A stretch of DNA of 64,000 nucleotides from Neodothiora populina (taxonomy: Eukaryota), in NCBI RefSeq assembly GCF_041146345.1, contig NW_027191404.1:310001-374000 (forward strand). Reading direction: 5' to 3'. Positions within the stretch are counted from its first letter, which is position 1. Each line of letters begins with the position of its first letter. Shown here piece by piece: positions 61,039-64,000 of the stretch. Under the pieces are notes generated by a model that was not told the origin of the DNA, ran no database searches, and saw only the letters and a list, made by a program, of their open reading frames with translations. The translations under genes were made by a program, and so were the position numbers.

Positions 61039-64000
61039 GGTTGTGGAAGGTGGGATGTGGGATGTGGGATGTCAAGGTATAAGGTATGGGGGGATGGTCT
61101 GTTGATCACTGGGATGCGCACGTATATGAAAGACCAAACGAGGCCGCCTTATCTCGAAATCCGGAGTAACCGAAACAGTCAGGGTTCAGATCTTGTGACA
61201 CTTGTGTCTACAGTAATAGGTGAAGTACAGCAGGTGGCTTAGACTCTAGCCGATGAGCAATGAGGATTTTGTTCGGACGGGAAAGGAAAGAGAAGGGGGG
61301 GGAAAGTGGTGTATTGGTGTATTTGGTTCTTGGGAAGTACTTGTATGATAAGGTATGATATTACGGGGGGGTCACGGTGTAGTAATGACTGCTTTTTCTT
61401 TCCGCGGTACAGAGAGCGCAGCAACAGCTTCTAACAGTAGTGTACGAGTACAACTCTTTCCCAAAACCCGACCTTGCCTTGCCTCTACCGCACTAGCCTG
61501 GCTAAGTCAGGTATAACACTCCCGGACAAGTCTGGTTCAAGGAGCCTCGTGAGCAGCGCAAATGCCGGCAAGCGAGCGATGACGCGCTTCCCGGGCCGTA
61601 CGAGTTCTGTGTCCGCATTTCTGGAGCAGACCTTAGGTACCTATACCTTAGCACAGTTTGACCCAACATTTGCTCTGCACTTGGGTCTATTGGCATCGTT
61701 CGTCCTCGTGCCCTGAAACGCCTTGTCATCAAACTCACTGCTCCCTTGTTTCCCTTATCTTGGCTTTCAGAATCAGGTTTCACAGCGCTTCTTTTTCTGC
61801 TAAGGCAAGGTACCTTACCTAGGGGTCAGACCTTCAGGTACTAGGTACTGCGCCTTATCGCCTGGGGTGACCGGTCAAGTGATTGCTGAGCAAAATAACA
61901 TCCAGTGGGCGAATCAATATTATAGATTGTCACTGCCTTCCAAGACCCTGCAGAACCTTGACTCATGCACAGCCCTCGGATGTTCTGTTCTATGCAATGC
62001 AATTGCGTGTCACAGTTGGTTTCCCGGCTAACCTGAGTTTCTTCTTCCATCTGGAAGTCTCGAGACCGTGAGGCGTCATGCCGCCGGCAACCGGAATCCC
62101 ATACCCGTGCTTCGGCGCCTGGCAAGTCACCACAACCTGCAGTACTGAAAGAGGACAGCTGCACTTCCAGTCGCCTTGACTCATCTCCCGTGGTTGACCT
62201 CGAAGGTCTATCTCGCACTGAGTACGTTCTGATACCCCCACGTGATCATCAAACAACATCTCTTTGCCGAAATAGCACCAAGCCCGAGTCGAGACACCCG
62301 AACAAGTGTTGTTCCGATGGACCAGGACCTAGTGCCGGCAGAACTAGCCGACCCACGTTTTGCTCCCATTGACGTCTTTTCACCCACAGATACAGTGAAC
62401 TTGAAGCTCTTCGCAGACGTTGCACAGTACGTGACGGCGCTACGCAGTCCTTGCCAATCTGTCTTCTAAAATTGGGATTGGACATTGAGTCCTTCAAATC
62501 AGCCCATGCTGTTTGTAAAAGTACCCAAGATACTCTTTAGCGAGAGTGCAATCTACGTCACGGTTCCCGGCATGCCAAATATACCTTGCCGATGTGGTTT
62601 ATCGCAAAAGGTCGTTCCCGCTTCCAGCAAATAATTACGATAAACTCGTCAGAGTGCAGATTCAGCCAATCCCTCGGGCCGTCCCCCAGCGCTTGAGATT
62701 GAATTGGGTCCTTATCTAGTATGACGTGAGGGCACCTTGGCTGAGTGCTTGCTGCAAGTAAGGTACCTGGTATCTAGGCCGAGATTGCAACACGGGGAGA
62801 CACAGTTCACAGATTGAGATTGGCAATTCGGCCCCATAGACTGGAGCAGCAAGGAGCGAACGATGCTGGACGAGCGGCGGCAAAGTATTAGTGACCGCTC
62901 ATGCAGACTATTCGGAACATTTTTCAGTCATGTGTTGTTGCACTGGCTATCTATCACACTGACAATTCACCCTGCAGCTCTATTTTATGATATACGTTAT
63001 GTGCACAGAACTGTATCTGGTGCAGGAGTACAACACACAATCCGGTCCCAAGCGTCTTGGACCCTTGTTTCGTTGGACCCTTTGAATCAGACCCTGTACG
63101 AGCCGTGGAGTAAAAATCCGCGAGCCGTTTTTGGGCAACAGACAGTACGAAAGCACCAGCCTGCACCCAATCTCTTCCACATCTCCACGAGCGATGTCAT
63201 ACCTTAATCAAAAACGGGACAACCCAAAGTACCTAAACTTTCCACGAGACATCTTTCTCGTATAACCAATCCTGAAACACACTTTTGCCATCACAGATCC
63301 AGAGGGTGCGTAACCCCCTTCCCAAACCCCCCCACCCGAGATTTGAACAAGAATTGGAGAAGGGGGTCGCGTCGTCCGCTCAGGGACAATTATAAAGAAT
63401 TGATGATCAGGCGGGATGTCCGCGTAACCCCATGCTGATCGGCTTTCCCGTCGCCGTCGCTTGCGAAGTGCGCACGTTGACAATGTCATTTGGTGCTGTC
63501 GCTGCTGCTGCTGCAATATGCCTCACTCGTCCGCTTGGTGTGGATTCTCTTGCTCTGTTTCTTTTCTTGCCGATGTTCTCTGGATTGTGAGCAAAAGGTT
63601 GTGCGAGTGTGCTCCGTCATGAGTGGGTCTGTCCTCTCGTACCGTATGTTTGCGAGCAGAGGGAAAGAAAATTGGTTCATGCGAAACACACTGCGCATTG
63701 TCGCTCACATGCATTCATCCCGAGGCACAACGACACGGTGGGTACAGCAAACGTCACTTTTCCTTCGCGTTCGTCCCGACGCTGCGTCATGCTCGGTACA
63801 ACACTTCTAGAAGAAAAAAAAAGGGAGTCTAATGCCTAAGATGTGACACGACAAGTTTGGGGACACGAACGAATCCACCAGAGGTCAACACACCTCGTTT
63901 AGGTCCCGTTTGTTGGGGCTGACGACAAGGTGGATATAGTGGGTGACGACCAGTGTGTGAAATATTGCTTAAGCCGTCCTGAGTGCCTCGTGTTTGCCTT

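Noticed and set aside
63940..63953. GGTGACGACCAG, reminiscent of part of fungal 5S rRNA
   Set aside because: Only ~12 nt of similarity, recalled from memory; the flanks do not continue a 5S sequence.

Overview
A eukaryotic window from a filamentous ascomycete (Pezizomycotina), judged from short GT-AG introns with CTRAC-type branch sites and fungus-type gene families. I modelled 19 protein-coding genes by splicing the ORF track by hand, plus one tRNA-Gln(CUG). Recognisable genes are methylcrotonyl-CoA carboxylase alpha, a Ure2/GstA-like glutathione S-transferase, a salicylate-hydroxylase-like FAD monooxygenase, an SDR, arginyl-tRNA synthetase, a CAP10/GT90 glycosyltransferase, a secreted GLEYA/PA14 lectin, an ALDH3-type aldehyde dehydrogenase, ILV5, an intronless PDR ABC transporter, a CPA1 Na+/H+ antiporter and a Bud2-like RasGAP; the rest are hypothetical. 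I found no transposon, rRNA, CRISPR array or secondary-metabolite backbone gene. The most unusual element is a single-pass membrane protein (19893-22430) whose N-terminal ~400 aa is an array of about 28 N-glycosylation sequons interlocked with about 26 [LIVF]xxR motifs. Also notable are a stand-alone DnaJ-type zinc-finger gene seen only after splicing, an ArgRS presequence built from microsatellites, and Leu3/LeuB plus Gcn4/CpcA motifs around ILV5. All family calls come from motif recognition; no database searches were run.
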